64,000 nucleotides of DNA from Asterias rubens (Eukaryota), in contig NW_022985740.1 of NCBI RefSeq assembly GCF_902459465.1, positions 1-64,000 on the forward strand, read 5' to 3'. The translations under genes and the position numbers were made by a program. The notes below the pieces were generated by a model. The model was not told the DNA's origin and ran no database searches. It was given only the letters and a program-made list of their open reading frames with translations. Positions 22,742 to 35,871 of this stretch are shown here, piece after piece. Numbering within the stretch: the stretch's first letter is position 1; each line of letters begins with the position of its first letter.

Positions 22742-23120
22742 AGGCAGTGGACACTATTGGTAATTGTCAAAGACTAGCCATCACAGTTGGTGTATCTCAA
22801 CATATGCATAAAATAACTAACCTGTGAAAATTTGAGCTCAATCGGTCATCGAAGTTGCGAGATAATAATGAAAGAAAAAATTACCACTGTCACACGAAGT
22901 TGTGTGCGTTTAGATGGTTGATTTCGAGACCTCAAGTTCAAAATCTGAGGTCTCGAAATCAAATTCGTTGAAAATTACATCTTTCTCGAAAACTATGGCA
23001 CTTCAGAGGGAGCCGTTTCTCACATTGTTTTATACCATCAACCTCTCCCCATTACTCGTTACCAAGTAAAGTTTTATGCCAATAATTATTTTGAGTAATT
23101 ACCAATAGTGTCCACTGCCT
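22742..23120. mobile_element. MITE family A
   Basis: Perfect TIRs and TTAA flanks. Same site is filled at 45736 and empty at 31291. Confidence 0.9.
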
Positions 23121-24644
23121 TTAAGAAATACAAACGCAACCAAACAAAAGGGGTACAAAAACTACCCGTTTTTACAAACAATAACAATGCAATGTGTTTG
23201 AATTACAATCTAATACAAACAATCTTAAGACTGAAACTGTTTGTGTGCAAAGACGGTCTTACTTATTAACCACAATTATTGTCTACTTTTTAGTTGCAGT
23301 GAAATAGGAACAGTTAAACTAAAGGCTTGTTATTGTGAGCTTTGAACAGGACCCCCAAGTGTATGAATTGAAATCTTCCCCAAACCAATGGTGTAAAATA
23401 TGTTGTTGTTATTGTAGTAAACCGGATTCATCAGTCAATTACATGTCAATACTTGATCAAAGTTACTTTACTTCCTCATTTAGGAAGAAGTTACATGCAT
23501 GCTAGATAGAGCTAAAGTTTGAACTATGCGCAGAAACAATTTTTCCCCTGATAATTGTATACTAAAAAGGCGTTCAAAGATTGATAAAGATGAAATGACT
23601 GCTGAGTTTAAGAGAATAAAATATCAAGGTCTTTGGCAAATATATTTCAGTTTCCTTGGTTGTTCATTCAGGCTCAACTTTGTTGAGCCCTCCCATAAAA
23701 AATACTCTACAAGATTTTTTGAATAATAAAAAGCTAACGATATAAGCCTAGAATGCTGAATTAATCTTTTCAAAATTAAATTCAATAGTAAATTTGACAC
23801 TGAACAAAGTTTGTATTTTTATAAGAATATATAAGAATGACAATGAATAGTGTGTTATCAAAGCCCTAAATATTTGTTCAGCAACATGGTACTTTTTATT
23901 ATGAGGGTCATTGTGTTGTTTACATTGAATGAGAAAATGTCAACGCTCTAAAGTGTGGTGGCGCTATACAGCCAAGGTCAATGCTACTGTACAACTCTAC
24001 ACTAGTCTGGTTCAATGACCAAAGATTCCTTGACGTCTCTTGTTAAATTTGACAGAGCCTAGTTGGAGATTTTTGGGTCTGGGAACCAGACTAACTCTAC
24101 AATGGGGAAATACCCAGCACAGTGCAATAACAACCAGGGCTGATACATGGTGCTACATGTCCAAGACTCCTTCTTCCTATGTACATGTATGGATGTTTTT
24201 TTTGTGTGCAATAAACCAACTAGAAGTCGACAACAATGAACTCATGATAATTCATCTGGATATCTGTATTAACTGACCCATTTAAAAATATTATACCAGG
24301 TGAGTAGGAAAATTGCAAGTTTTTGTTTAAATCGTTGTTAATGTGTAAAATTTGTATTTCAGTATAAGAAGAGTGTGTGTTTTCTATTTTTTTAATTTTT
24401 TTATTAAATGAATGCTAAGGTGTTGAATAACTTATAACTTTAATTTTAAACAAAAAACAGTGAGAATATATTCAGAATTTGTACTCAGTGCCATTTTTTA
24501 TACAGAAGTTATTATCGAGATGCTTGTTTTAGTGTTTACTTATTCTTAAGGCAAGACAGACTTTGAATGTTTTCTTTGAAAAAACAAGTGATACAATGTA
24601 GGTAGAAAACATCTCAAAAGTGTGGTTTAATTTAGCAAAACTAA

Positions 24645-24884
24645 GGCCTGCGCTAAACGTCGCACTTTTGCCGAGCCGAACTCTAATGTTTTCAAATCGA
24701 TTTGGCAAGAGCGCGACGTATGTCACCGCGTCGAGCCGTACCGTGTAGCACGATAAGGCTTGCCGTGCTACACGGCAGTGCCGAACTTAGGTTTGTGCTA
24801 AACGTCCCTCTTTTGTCTAATTTTTTTCCTAATTTTACAACTGTTTGAGTCGACACGACAAAAGTGCGACGTTTAGCGCAGGCC
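24645..24884. mobile_element. PIF/Harbinger-like MITE in the 5'UTR intron of copy 3
   Basis: Perfect 26-bp TIR GGCCTGCGCTAAACGTCGCACTTTTG, flanks TAA/TTA. The empty site AAAACTGAATG (~738, ~32766) fits a 3-bp TSD. Confidence 0.8.
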
Positions 24885-24928
24885 TTAATGTTTTACTATT
24901 TTTTTGTCTTTGTTTCTAAGAAATAAAC

Positions 24929-27900
24929 ATGGACGTTCAGCGTGGACATTGCTGGCGTTGTGAAGTTCAACTGGAACAGACCATTCACTGTCCTGATTGC
25001 AAGATGGCGGAGTATTGTAGCTCAACATGTGAACACAGAGACAGAGTTAGACATAGGAGTAGAGAGTGTCCGTTATTTGGAACAAGATCATGCAACAAAT
25101 GCAATAAGAAGGGTACAATGAAAGAGGTATGTTGTGAATTTGGAAAGTTCAAGACAAGATTCTCACATATTGTCATGAATGCTGAATATAAGTCAAGCTC
25201 AATTCCTTACATCATAAAACTTAATGTGATGAATTGGGGACTATGGGCCACTAGGTGGCAGCAGACATACCAGAGTCTAATAATTTACATTGTTAAAACA
25301 CTGGGTAGATTTTTGCTGTTTATACACAGAGAGCAAGTTCTAGTGCGCACATTTAGCCGACTACTGACCAGAAACGACCATGCGCAGTGATGCACTCACT
25401 CGAAAGACTCGTTTGGAACCTTAGTCAACCATCGGTACCACTGTATTCAACACTCCATTGCCTTCTGTGTTTTCGCTATAGTACCACTGGTTCCCTTCTG
25501 CCCTTTACACATATTAGTATGGAACAGGCTGTTGGGACCAAGGAAGAAACCATGGGCATGAGGCTGGTTCCAAAAATGGTCTACCACAGCAGTCAACCAA
25601 TGGTCGACCAGCCTGGTTTTAGTAAAAAAAAGTCAATCTTTAGTTAACCTTGGTGCACAATCGAACTTGCTCATAGCCTTGGTAGAACGCCAGTATTCTC
25701 AAAACTACAACTAACACCCTCAGAATAAAGGCAACAAATGTTATAAAACATTTTTTCATTGGTTTACCTCATTGAAACTGAATCTTCGTTCACGTTCCTT
25801 GAATATCATACTTGCAGACTGTCTGGTTGAACAAATCTTTAAAATGTTTTGAGCACACTTTATTTTCATAAATAAAGTGAGAATTGGAGGGTTTTAAGAC
25901 ATCTATCAAAAACGTCTATTTTTATGACTCTTTTTTTAATTTAAGAAGTGTATCAAACATTCTCTATATCCTATCTAATGCGCTGCGTTCTTGACGTAGT
26001 GGCACTATACAAATGCCCTATATGTATGTTTGTATGTATGAATCTGTGTGTAAATTAATATTATGTGCATCTAATTCATGTGCATGCTAAAAAATATGCA
26101 CAACAATGCGAAAAAAGGGCACAGTCTAGAAGAATGTTTCAAAAACTTTTCAAGCACCAAGAAAAGATTTGTTTGAAGGATCGTTTTTGTCAAACCTTAT
26201 ACTTTGATAGCTTTGAAATACTGCATTGAAACTTCTTTTTTACAGTGGGGAGGTTGCAACAATACATGGTGCTATTGTTTAATGTTTTCTCTGGTTTTGA
26301 TAAATAACAATTGTGATTTTTTATTGGAAAAAAATGAATACACTAACCACTTCAAAATACTATCTATTTCTTTCAGTGTGCAGGTTGCAACATAGCATGG
26401 TACTGTAACAGAGAGTGTCAAAGTAGTGATTGGGTCAACCATAAAGCTTTTTGCATCAAGGCCAAGGAAGACATCAAATCAACAGCAGCTCAAATTGGAC
26501 TATTAAACTTCAGAATGCAAAAAGACAGACAGGGTGGTTCCCCTTATTATTTGGGAAACACTATTGCCAAAGACTTCTTGCAACTTGATAACAATGAATG
26601 GTCTGATGGGTCAATAAAGAAAACTGACTTGAACAGGGACTATCATATATTGTCAGCTGGTTGCGGAGACTTACGCAATACTGTCTTGACAGCAGCTTCC
26701 CTCCCTGCCAGGTACCAGGGAAGTCTTTACATCACTCTCAATGACTTTGACCCTTTTGTCATGGCAAGGAATGTCTTGTTTCTCTTTATGTTGGTTCGGT
26801 TTGCAGACACTGAGGGAATTGAGAGCAGTCTGACTACCATCTGGTACTCAGTTCACATTACAAAGAAAGAGTATGACTTGATCAAGACCAGCTTGGATGA
26901 GCTCATTCAGATGACCCCTCAAAGTCTCACAGAGGTCACTCAAGGGTTGGTCAAAGTTCAAGGTAAAGATCTTGCAGTCATGAGTCAAGTTTGGGACAAA
27001 TGGAGATCACTAGAATGCCAACGAAAGATACAATCCTCAATAAATCTCAGAAAACAAAGACAAACTGCATTTGAGAAATTTAGACAAAAGCATGGGGATA
27101 GTGTGAAGTATTGCTATACCAATCCTTCACAGTCACCTGCTGTTAAAAAGCAAACTGAAGAATGGTTTGACCATGGTTTGTTCCTCCCCAAAGAGACGAA
27201 ACAAGGGACAATGTCATTTGATAACCCAACACTAACCGGACGTGGAGCTTCAACGGATCCAGGTTTTGACATGGTGATTTTGAAAAATCAAAATGCAAGC
27301 CCAAAGGATTATGCCTTTGATTACTGTGTCAGACCAGATTCACATCCCTTCAGAGTGTGGGATTGCTTGAGAGTGAGGGAGTCTGAGACCAGACCCTACG
27401 CAACCCCTATGGTGATGTACCACAACTACATCACAAACCTGATACAGAAAGTCAAACATCTAATTCAGCAGAGAAGACTTTATATGCAAGTTTCTCTGGC
27501 CAACTCTATGGATTTTCCTTCAATTCACAAGTCTCTTAAGATGTCCAACTATGACCGCATCTTCACATCCAATCTTGCTGACTATATTGGTTTTGGGAAG
27601 CTTTTACAAACATTTAAACCCCTTCTAAACCAAAGTAACTGCTCCTCAGTAATTGTTACTGAAACAATAAACTGGGCTGAATTTCTACCTCAGGCTGTCT
27701 GTAAACCTGAGCACAAAGAATACAAAAGATGTATTGTAGCATATTGTCTGGATACAGGCAGAGATTTAAAAAATCTACTACGTAAATTTGATATTGGACT
27801 TCATACCTGGATGGACTACTTTGATAGTTCCGCTTACTTTCTTGCATATCTGCGTGCACAAATTATGGGCGGGGGTTTCGGGGTACCACCATTGACTAAA

Positions 27901-28071
27901 GTGCCTTCATTTGGCGAAGTGATGAAGTACAATGGTCTAGAAATGCGTGACTTTCGTAAGAAGCTGAATCGTCTTGTACCATTTCAGTATCGAGTCAATG
28001 CTCGTGATTTGAACGTTATAACTGCAACTGACAGAGCAGTGGAGTGGTGTCTGCCACACACTGATGGCTAA
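24929..28071 (+). CDS. Copy 3 (type C): tandem MYND / DUF4470-like protein, 630 aa
   Basis: Exons 24929-25126 and 26377-28071, phase 0, open throughout. Confidence 0.87.
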
Positions 28072-28731
28072 GTTTAACAAACTTGGTGTATATTTATTGT
28101 TGATTTCTGATGTAAATCTTATTTTAATACCCTTGAAAGATGCACCGTCACATAACAAGCAGTGATTGAGTGGGACTTTTGAAAATCAGATAAGTCTTGT
28201 ACACAGGAAATTACGATAGCTAATATAATTTGACTGAATGAAACCTGTATCAACAACTACAGTAAAAAAAAAAGTAGAGTCGAATCTCTGCAACAAAATA
28301 GCTGTAGACTTGAATTTTTGTTTTGAAGTTTTTGGCTTTTGGAGAAATACAATGATGTATGCGTAATAAATTAGTATGCCTGATGAATAGTGTCATTAAT
28401 TGCAATTGCCTCATTAATTGCAATTGCTTAATAAAAAATTGTATTAAATTATAGATTTGGTAGCCGATTCAATACTAAATTAAGCTACACTTACTCAGAA
28501 TTTGTGTTGATTGGGAGTGTAATGACGTGGCAACTGAAATAGTTTTTGGACTTGATTTGTTTATTTGCTCTATGTAAAATACTTGTTTACAATGAGTTTT
28601 TTAATTATTAACCATGATCATTTATTAATATTAAATTGTAGTGAAATGAAAATAGTTTTACTCGGGCCGCACTGCCATGCTTTTTATGGCACCGGCCACA
28701 TTTACAAATTTGAGTTTTAAAAATCAATCAA

Positions 28732-29286
28732 GACTTTCCTTCAGTACATAATTCTCTAAAGATGCCAAACTATGATCGCATCTTCACATCCAATATTGCT
28801 GACTATGTTGGGTTTGCCAAGCTCTTGCAAGACTTCAAACCACTTCTTAATTCTAGTAATCACTACTCAGTACTTGTTACTGAGACAATAAACTGGTATA
28901 GACTTTTCATTCAGCCTGGGAATGAACTACAAGTTCAACTTTGTACTGAAGCTTACATTCAGGACACAGGCAGGAATTTAGCTGATCTTCTTGTGCTTGA
29001 CACTGATGTAGCACCTTCTACCTTGTTAGAGTACTTTGATAATGCCCCTCACTTTGTTGGCTATCTGCGTGCACAAATCATGGCAGGGGGTCTTGGGATA
29101 CCACCATTGACTTATTTGCCATCAAATGGTGAAGTGATGAAGTACAATGGTCTAGAAATGCGTGACTTTCGTAAGAAGCTGAATCGTCTTGTCCCATTTC
29201 AGTATCGAACCAATGCTCGTGACTTGACCAGAATAACTGCAACTGACAGAGCAGTAGAGTGGTATCTGCCACATACTGATCACTAA
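28732..29286 (+). pseudogene. 5'-deleted mosaic fragment of exon 2
   Basis: Starts abruptly at GACTTTCCTTCAG, fused to the copy-3 3' flank (the same flank continues differently at 51619). Type-A-like 5' part, unique variable segment, type-B-like end ...LPHTDH*. Confidence 0.88.
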
Positions 29287-29607
29287 ATTATAGTAAGCAA
29301 GAGCAGGTTGACATTACATCATTAAGAGTCGTTATATAAAAATGACTTTCCAAACTGTCACCTGTAAGTGTTACCAAAATCAATAATCAAAGAAATAGCT
29401 TAGTTTCAACAAAAGGAAAAATGTCTATGTTGGAAAATTGATGATTAAATCATCGGACTAAGCATTTAGATTTAAATACCAACTTGGTTTTGAGGCAATT
29501 TTGTAATCCACTTTAACTTGAGGTAACTTAAAAATGTTTACACTTCATGCTTATGTATATATTACATAAACTGACAATCATTTCAAAGATAGATGGTATC
29601 ACCCTAA

Positions 29608-29809
29608 TGTACCATCATTTGGTGAAATGATTAGGTAATGGTCTACAATTGCGTGACTTTTGTCAGAAGCTAAATGCGTGACTTTCGTAAGAAGCTGAAT
29701 CTTCTTGTTCCAGTATTGAGCCAATGTTCATGACTTGACTCCAGTAATAAAAATGCAACTGGCAGAGCAGTGGAGTGGTATGTCCCACGTCCCACATACT
29801 GATGGCTAA
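29608..29809 (+). pseudogene. Degenerate duplicate of the exon-2 3' end
   Basis: Near-identical to 21605-21805. Confidence 0.85.
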
Positions 29810-30260
29810 CACAAAAAGAAGTTTGACTTAAGTTCAATATAGCTTATTCTGATTGGGTACATGTATATCGTACTGTAAAGAATCATACTACCCAACATTT
29901 TTATGGAATATTTAATGAGGATTGAAGTGGTGTATTTACTCTTAAGTTTTTAGCATTAATTATTAATACGGATTTGCAAGCACCTTGTACATAAACTAAA
30001 GTTGTATTTTCCTTTAAAAATGCCGCATAAATATAAGTAAGTTTTTTGCTTTCAAATGTAAATAACCATACAATTAAATACACAAGTATTGGTAAAGAGA
30101 TCGTAAGTTAACCAAGTAAATTGATGTATAGCACCTGGGTCAACTTTTGTTCATTCAGTCAAAAAGTTGCATAACTTGTAGGAAGGTTATGAAGAGTGCA
30201 TTCTACTTGCTCCATTTTAACTTGGAGTACAGAGCGATCAAACACACCCCTTTAAACATT

Positions 30261-30775
30261 TAAGCAGCATGGCTCATCGCTAGATCAAAGAAGCAGAACC
30301 ACATCACCCCCATTCTACAAGAAGTCCATTGACTTCCTGTCAGCGATCGCATACAGTACAAAGTCCTGCTCCTCACGTTCAATGCTGTCCATGGTCTCTC
30401 CCCTCATTACATCTCCGAAACTGATAACGCCATACACCCCGACAAGGTCCCTCAGATCCTCTTCACAGCTTCTCCTACAAGTTTCCCCATACAGAACAAA
30501 AACGTACGGTAAAAGAGCACTTGCCTTCAGCACACCCACCCTTTGGAACTCTCTTCCTGCTACACTCCGTTCTCAAGTAAACCCCGTCATCTTCAAATCA
30601 CATCTCAAAACCCACATGTTCACTCAATCTTGTTTGTTATCTTATATTGTTTAGCTTATTTGTTGCTTTCTCTTATATAAATTTGTTTATTCGTTTGTAT
30701 AGCTCATTGAGAGTACTTGCAGTTCTGAATTGCACTATATAAGTATTTCTTCTTCTTCTTTTTCTTATTATAATT
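30261..30775 (+). mobile_element. L2-clade LINE 3' fragment
   Basis: Translates HITPILQEVH*LPVSDRIQYKVLLL.../YTPTRSLRSS...YGKRALAF...LWNSLP...FKSHLKTHMF (one stop, one frameshift), with a (CTT)n/TTA tail. Absent at the homologous sites ~22250 and ~45240. Confidence 0.9.
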
Positions 30776-32811
30776 CAAGACCTAAAATTAATCTTGATCA
30801 TGTGCTTGTATGACTCAGCGACCAGTAAAAAAAAAAAAGACTCCAATATAATTGTTGCTTTAATAACAATCTGATAAAAGCCAGATTTCAAGTTTTAGTA
30901 TTTAGACTGAATTTAACCTGCAGGAACATTTTCAGTTACAAAGCAGAGTCTAATCTTTGTGGACAAACGACTGTAGAAATGAAACTTTATGAAGAAGTTG
31001 CTGGCTTTTGTAGCCTACAATGTTTATGCAAATAAATATGCATTGCATGCTTTAGTAATTAATAGATGCATTTTGTGGTGAAGGGTCAAATACAGTAACT
31101 AATTTTGACTGTCTGTCAGATATTTTAATGCTTTATATCAAAACTGCTTGTTCATACTTGATGGTGATGGGCTATTAATGTTGGAACTAAGAGAGTTATT
31201 GTAATTAATTTTATTTGTTTATTTGTTAGTTTCAATAAAGATTATAATTATAACCTTATAAGCACTTTTTATAAAATCGATACAAAGCGCTTATTAAGAA
31301 TTACAAAAGCAACCAAACAAAAGGGGTACAAAAACTACCAGTTTTTACAAACAATAACAATGCAATGTGTTTGAATTACAATCTGATAAGAACAATCTTA
31401 AGAATGAAACTGTTTGTGTGCAAAGAAGGTCTTACTTATTAACCACAGTTATGGCCTACTTTTTAGTTGCAGTGAAATAGGAACAGTTAAACTAAAGGCT
31501 TGTTATTGTGAGCTTGGAACAGGACCCCCAAGTGTATGAATTGAAATCTTCCCTAAACCACTAGTGTAAAATATGTTTTTGTTATTGTAGTCAATTGAAT
31601 GTCAATACTTGATCAAAGTTACTTTACTTCCTCATTTAGGAAGAAGTTTCACGCATACTAGATAGAGCTAAAGTTTGAACTATACGCAGAAACAATTTTT
31701 CCCCCTTTAAATTGTATACTGAAAAGGCGTTCACAGATGAATAAAGATGAAATGAAAAACTGCTCTTTGGCAAACATATTTCAGTTTCCTTGGTTGTTCA
31801 TTCAGGCTCAACTTTGTTAAGCCCTCCCATAAAAAATACTCTACATGATATTTTGAATAATAAAAAGCTAACGATATAAGCCTAGAATGCTGAATTAGAT
31901 CTTTTCAAAATTAAATTCAATAGTAAATTTGACACTGAACAAAGTTTGTATTTTTATAAGAATCTATGAGAATGACAATGAATAGTGCGTTATCAACGCC
32001 CTAAATATTTGTTCAGCAACATGGTACTTTTTATTATGAGGGTCATTGTGTTTTTTACATTGAATGAGAAAATGTCAACGCCCTAAAGTGTGGTTGCCTA
32101 TACAGCCAAGGTCAATGCTACTGTACAACTCTACACTAGTCTGGTCCCTGACCAAAGATTCCTTGACATCTCTTGTTAAATTCGACAGAGCCTAGTCAGA
32201 GATTTTCGGGTCTGGGAACCAGACTAACTCTACAATGGGGAAATACACAGCACAGTTTAATAACAACCAGGGCTGATACATGGTGCTACATGTCCAAGAC
32301 TCCTTCTTCCTATGTACATGTATGGATGTTTTTTGTGTGTGCAATAAACCAACTCGAAGTCGACAACAATGAACTCATGATAATTCATCTGGAGATCTGT
32401 ATTAACTGACCCATTTAAAAAGGTTATACCAGGTGAGTAGGGAAATTGCAAGTTTTTGTTTAAATCGTTGTTAATGTTTAAAATTTGTATTTCAGTATAA
32501 GAAGAGTGTGTGTTTTCTATGTTTTAATTTCTTAATAGACTGCTAAGGTGTTGAGTAAGTAATAACTTTAATTTTAAACAAGAAACAGAGAGAATATATT
32601 CAGAATTTGTACTCAGTGCTGTTTTTTTTTAAACAGAAGTTATATAGCGATGCTTGTTTTAGTGTTTCCTTATTTTGAAGGCAAGCAGACTTTGAATGTT
32701 TTCTTGAAAACACAAGTGATACAATGTAGGTAGAAAACATCTCAAAAGTGTGGTTTAATTTAGCAAAACTGAATGTATTACTATTTTTTTCTTTGTTTCT
32801 AAGCAATAAAC

Positions 32812-35403
32812 ATGGACGTTCAGCGTGGACATTGCTGGCGTTGTAAAGTTAAACTGGAACAGACCATTCACTGTCCTGATTGCAAGATGGCGGAGTATTG
32901 TAGCTCAACATGTGAAAACAGAGACAGAGTTAGACATAGGAGTAGAGAGTGCCCGTTATTTGGAACAAGATCATGCAACAAATGCAACAAGAAGGGTACA
33001 ATGAAAGAGGTATGTCTGCTTTAATTTCCATCATTATCCCCTAATCATTTACAAAAAAGGCAATTTACATATAATGCTCTGATGATTTTGTTGCAAAAGA
33101 GAGGAATCATTCTCTAAATGTATTGTAAAACGAAACTTGGCAAATTGTTTTACTATGTTTCTTACTTAAAGGCAGTGGACACTATTAGTAATTACTCAAA
33201 ATAATTATTATCATAAAACCCCACTTGGTAATGAGTAATGGGGAGAGATATTGATAGTATAAAACATTGTGAGAAAGGGCTCCCTCTGAAGTGACAAAGT
33301 TTTCGAGAAAGACGTAATTTTCCATAAATTTGATTTCGAGACCTCAAGTTTAGAATTTGAGGTCTCGAAATCAAGCATCTGAAAGCACACAACTTCGTCT
33401 GACAAGGATTTTTGTTTTTTCATAGTTACCTCGCAACTTTGATGACCAATTGAGCTTGAATGTTCACAGGTGTGTTATTTTATGTTAATGTTGAGATACA
33501 CAAAGTGAGAAGACTGGTCTTTGACAATTACCAATAGTGTCCACTGTTTTTAAGAAATGTTGTTGTCTCTTGCATGCATGTCATGTAAAAGCTAGAAGAG
33601 ACTATAATCAGAGTTCTAGAGGTACACTTGCACAAAAACTAGGAGGAGGATTCATAACGAAGAGATTTAAAATTACACATGGAGAAGTAACAAATTCTCT
33701 AACAGAGAGTTGATATATTTTATTCTGCTATAATGTCTTTTCAGTGTGCAGGTTGCAACTATGCATGGTACTGTAACCAGGAATGTCAAAGAAGTGATTG
33801 GGCCAATCATATGAAGGAATGCAAGGAGAAAAAGGCAAGAACAAAAAGAGCAGCAGATGAATTAAGAAAAGAATACATTTCAATGCGTACTGACAGACTT
33901 AATGATTTCCCTTATTATTTTGGAAACTGCATTGCTAAAGACTTCTTGCAACTTGATAACAATGAATGGTCTGATGGGTCAATAAAGAAAACTGACTTGA
34001 ACAAAGATTATCATATATTGTCAGCTGGTTGCGGAGACTTACGCAATACTGTCTTGACAGCAGCTTCCCTTCCTGCCAGGTACCAGGGAAGTCTGTACAT
34101 CACTCTCAATGACTTTGACCCTTTTGTCATGGCAAGGAATGTCTTGTTTCTCTTTATGTTGGTTCGGTTTGCAGACACTGAGGGAATTGAGAGCAGTCTG
34201 ACTACCATCTGGTACTCAGTTCACATTACAAAGAAAGAGTATGACCTGATCAAGACCAGCTTGGATGAGCTCATTCAGATGACCCCTCAAAGTCTCACAG
34301 AGGTCACTCAAGGGTTGGTCAAAGTTCAAGGTAAAGATCTTGCAGTTATGAGTCAAGTTTGGAACAAATGGAGATCACTAGAATGCCAACGAGGGGAACC
34401 ATCCTCAATCAATCTCAGAAAACAAAGAAAAACTGTACTTGATGAATCCCAAAAAAAATATGAACAAAAGTGTGGTAAGGGCAATAAATTCCGTTATACA
34501 AATCCTTTAGAGTCACCCAGTGCTAAAAAGCAATTTGAAGAATGGTTTGACCATGGGATGTTCCTCCCCAAAGAAGAAAAACAAGAAACAATGTAATTTG
34601 ATAATCCGACACTAACAGGGCGTGAAGTTGATCTCCATTCCACTAAAAAGCCGAGCCCAAAGGATCATGCCTTTGTGTACTGTGTCCAAGCAGTTTTACA
34701 TCCCTTCAGAGTATGGGATTGCTTGAGAGTGAGGGAGTCTGAGAGGGAGTCTGAGAGGGAGTCTGAGACCAGACCCTACCCAACCCCTATGGTGATGTAC
34801 CACAACTACATCACAAAATTCCTCAAGACGGTAAAAAGCTTCATCCAGAATGGAAGACTTTTTATTCAAGTGTCACTAGCCAATTGTATGAACTTTCTTT
34901 CAGAACATATTTCTCTAAAGATGCCAAACTATGATCGCATCTTCACATCCAATATTGCCGACTATGTTGGGTTTGCCAAGCTCCTGCAAGACTTCAAACC
35001 ACTTCTTAATTCTAGTAATCACTACTCAGTACTTATTACTGAGACAATGATCTGGGCAGAAATTCTATCTAAACTGGAGAACACAGACTATAAACCTTGC
35101 ATTACATCATACTGCCGTGAAAATGGTGACATCCATAACTGGATGGAATACTTTGATAATGCCCCTCACTTTGTTGGCTATCTGCGTGCACAAATCATGG
35201 CAGGGGGTCCTGGGGTACAGTCATTGACTAATGTGCCATCGTTTGGTGAAGTGATGAAACACAATGGTCTACAAATGCGTAACTTTCGTAGGAAGCTGAA
35301 TCGTCTTGTTCCATTTCAGTATCGAGTGAATAATCGTGATTTGACCCTGATCAATTTAAATGACAGAGCAGTGGAGTGGTGTCTGCCACACACTGATGGC
35401 TAA
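32812..35403 (+). pseudogene. Copy 4 (type A): one premature stop (would give 349 aa)
   Basis: Exons 32812-33009 and 33745-35403. TCA>TAA at 34594-34596; the frame is otherwise intact. Triplicated 12-nt unit at 34731-34766. Confidence 0.85.
33170..33549. mobile_element. MITE family A in copy 4 intron
   Basis: Same site and orientation as the copy at 1143. Confidence 0.85.
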
Positions 35404-35523
35404 GTTCAAAGAAGTTTGACATTTAACTTAGATCGATATCTAATCTAATCTAATCAGGTGCATGGACAATGTAGATCTAACTTGACTTACATAACTGTCA
35501 AGGAATATTTAATGAGGATTTAA

Positions 35524-35871
35524 AGCCATTGGACCCTTTCTGTACAGAAAAAGAAATTCACAGATTTACAAATAACTTACAGGGTTTACAGAAGGTAGTG
35601 GTGAAAGACTTCTTTTGAAATATTATACCATGAAATGCTTTACTTTTTGAGAAACAGTCAAACAATATCAATTCTCGTATGGATTTATTTTAAACACATG
35701 TCATGACACAGCGAAACGTGCGGATACAAGGGTGGGTTTTCCCGTTATTTTCTCCCGACTCCGATGACCGATTGAGCCTAAATTTTCACAGGTTTGTTAT
35801 TTTATATAGAAGTTGTGATACACAAAGTGTGGGTCTTGGACAATACTGTTTACCGAAAGTGTCCAATGGCT
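35524..35871. mobile_element. MITE family B
   Basis: Same site as the copy at 3486; TTAA flanks. Confidence 0.85.

Noticed and set aside
24929-25390. 153-aa ORF (also 47823-48284) and other exon-1 read-through ORFs
   Set aside because: These are exon 1 running into the intron past a conserved GT donor; the extensions are not conserved between types.
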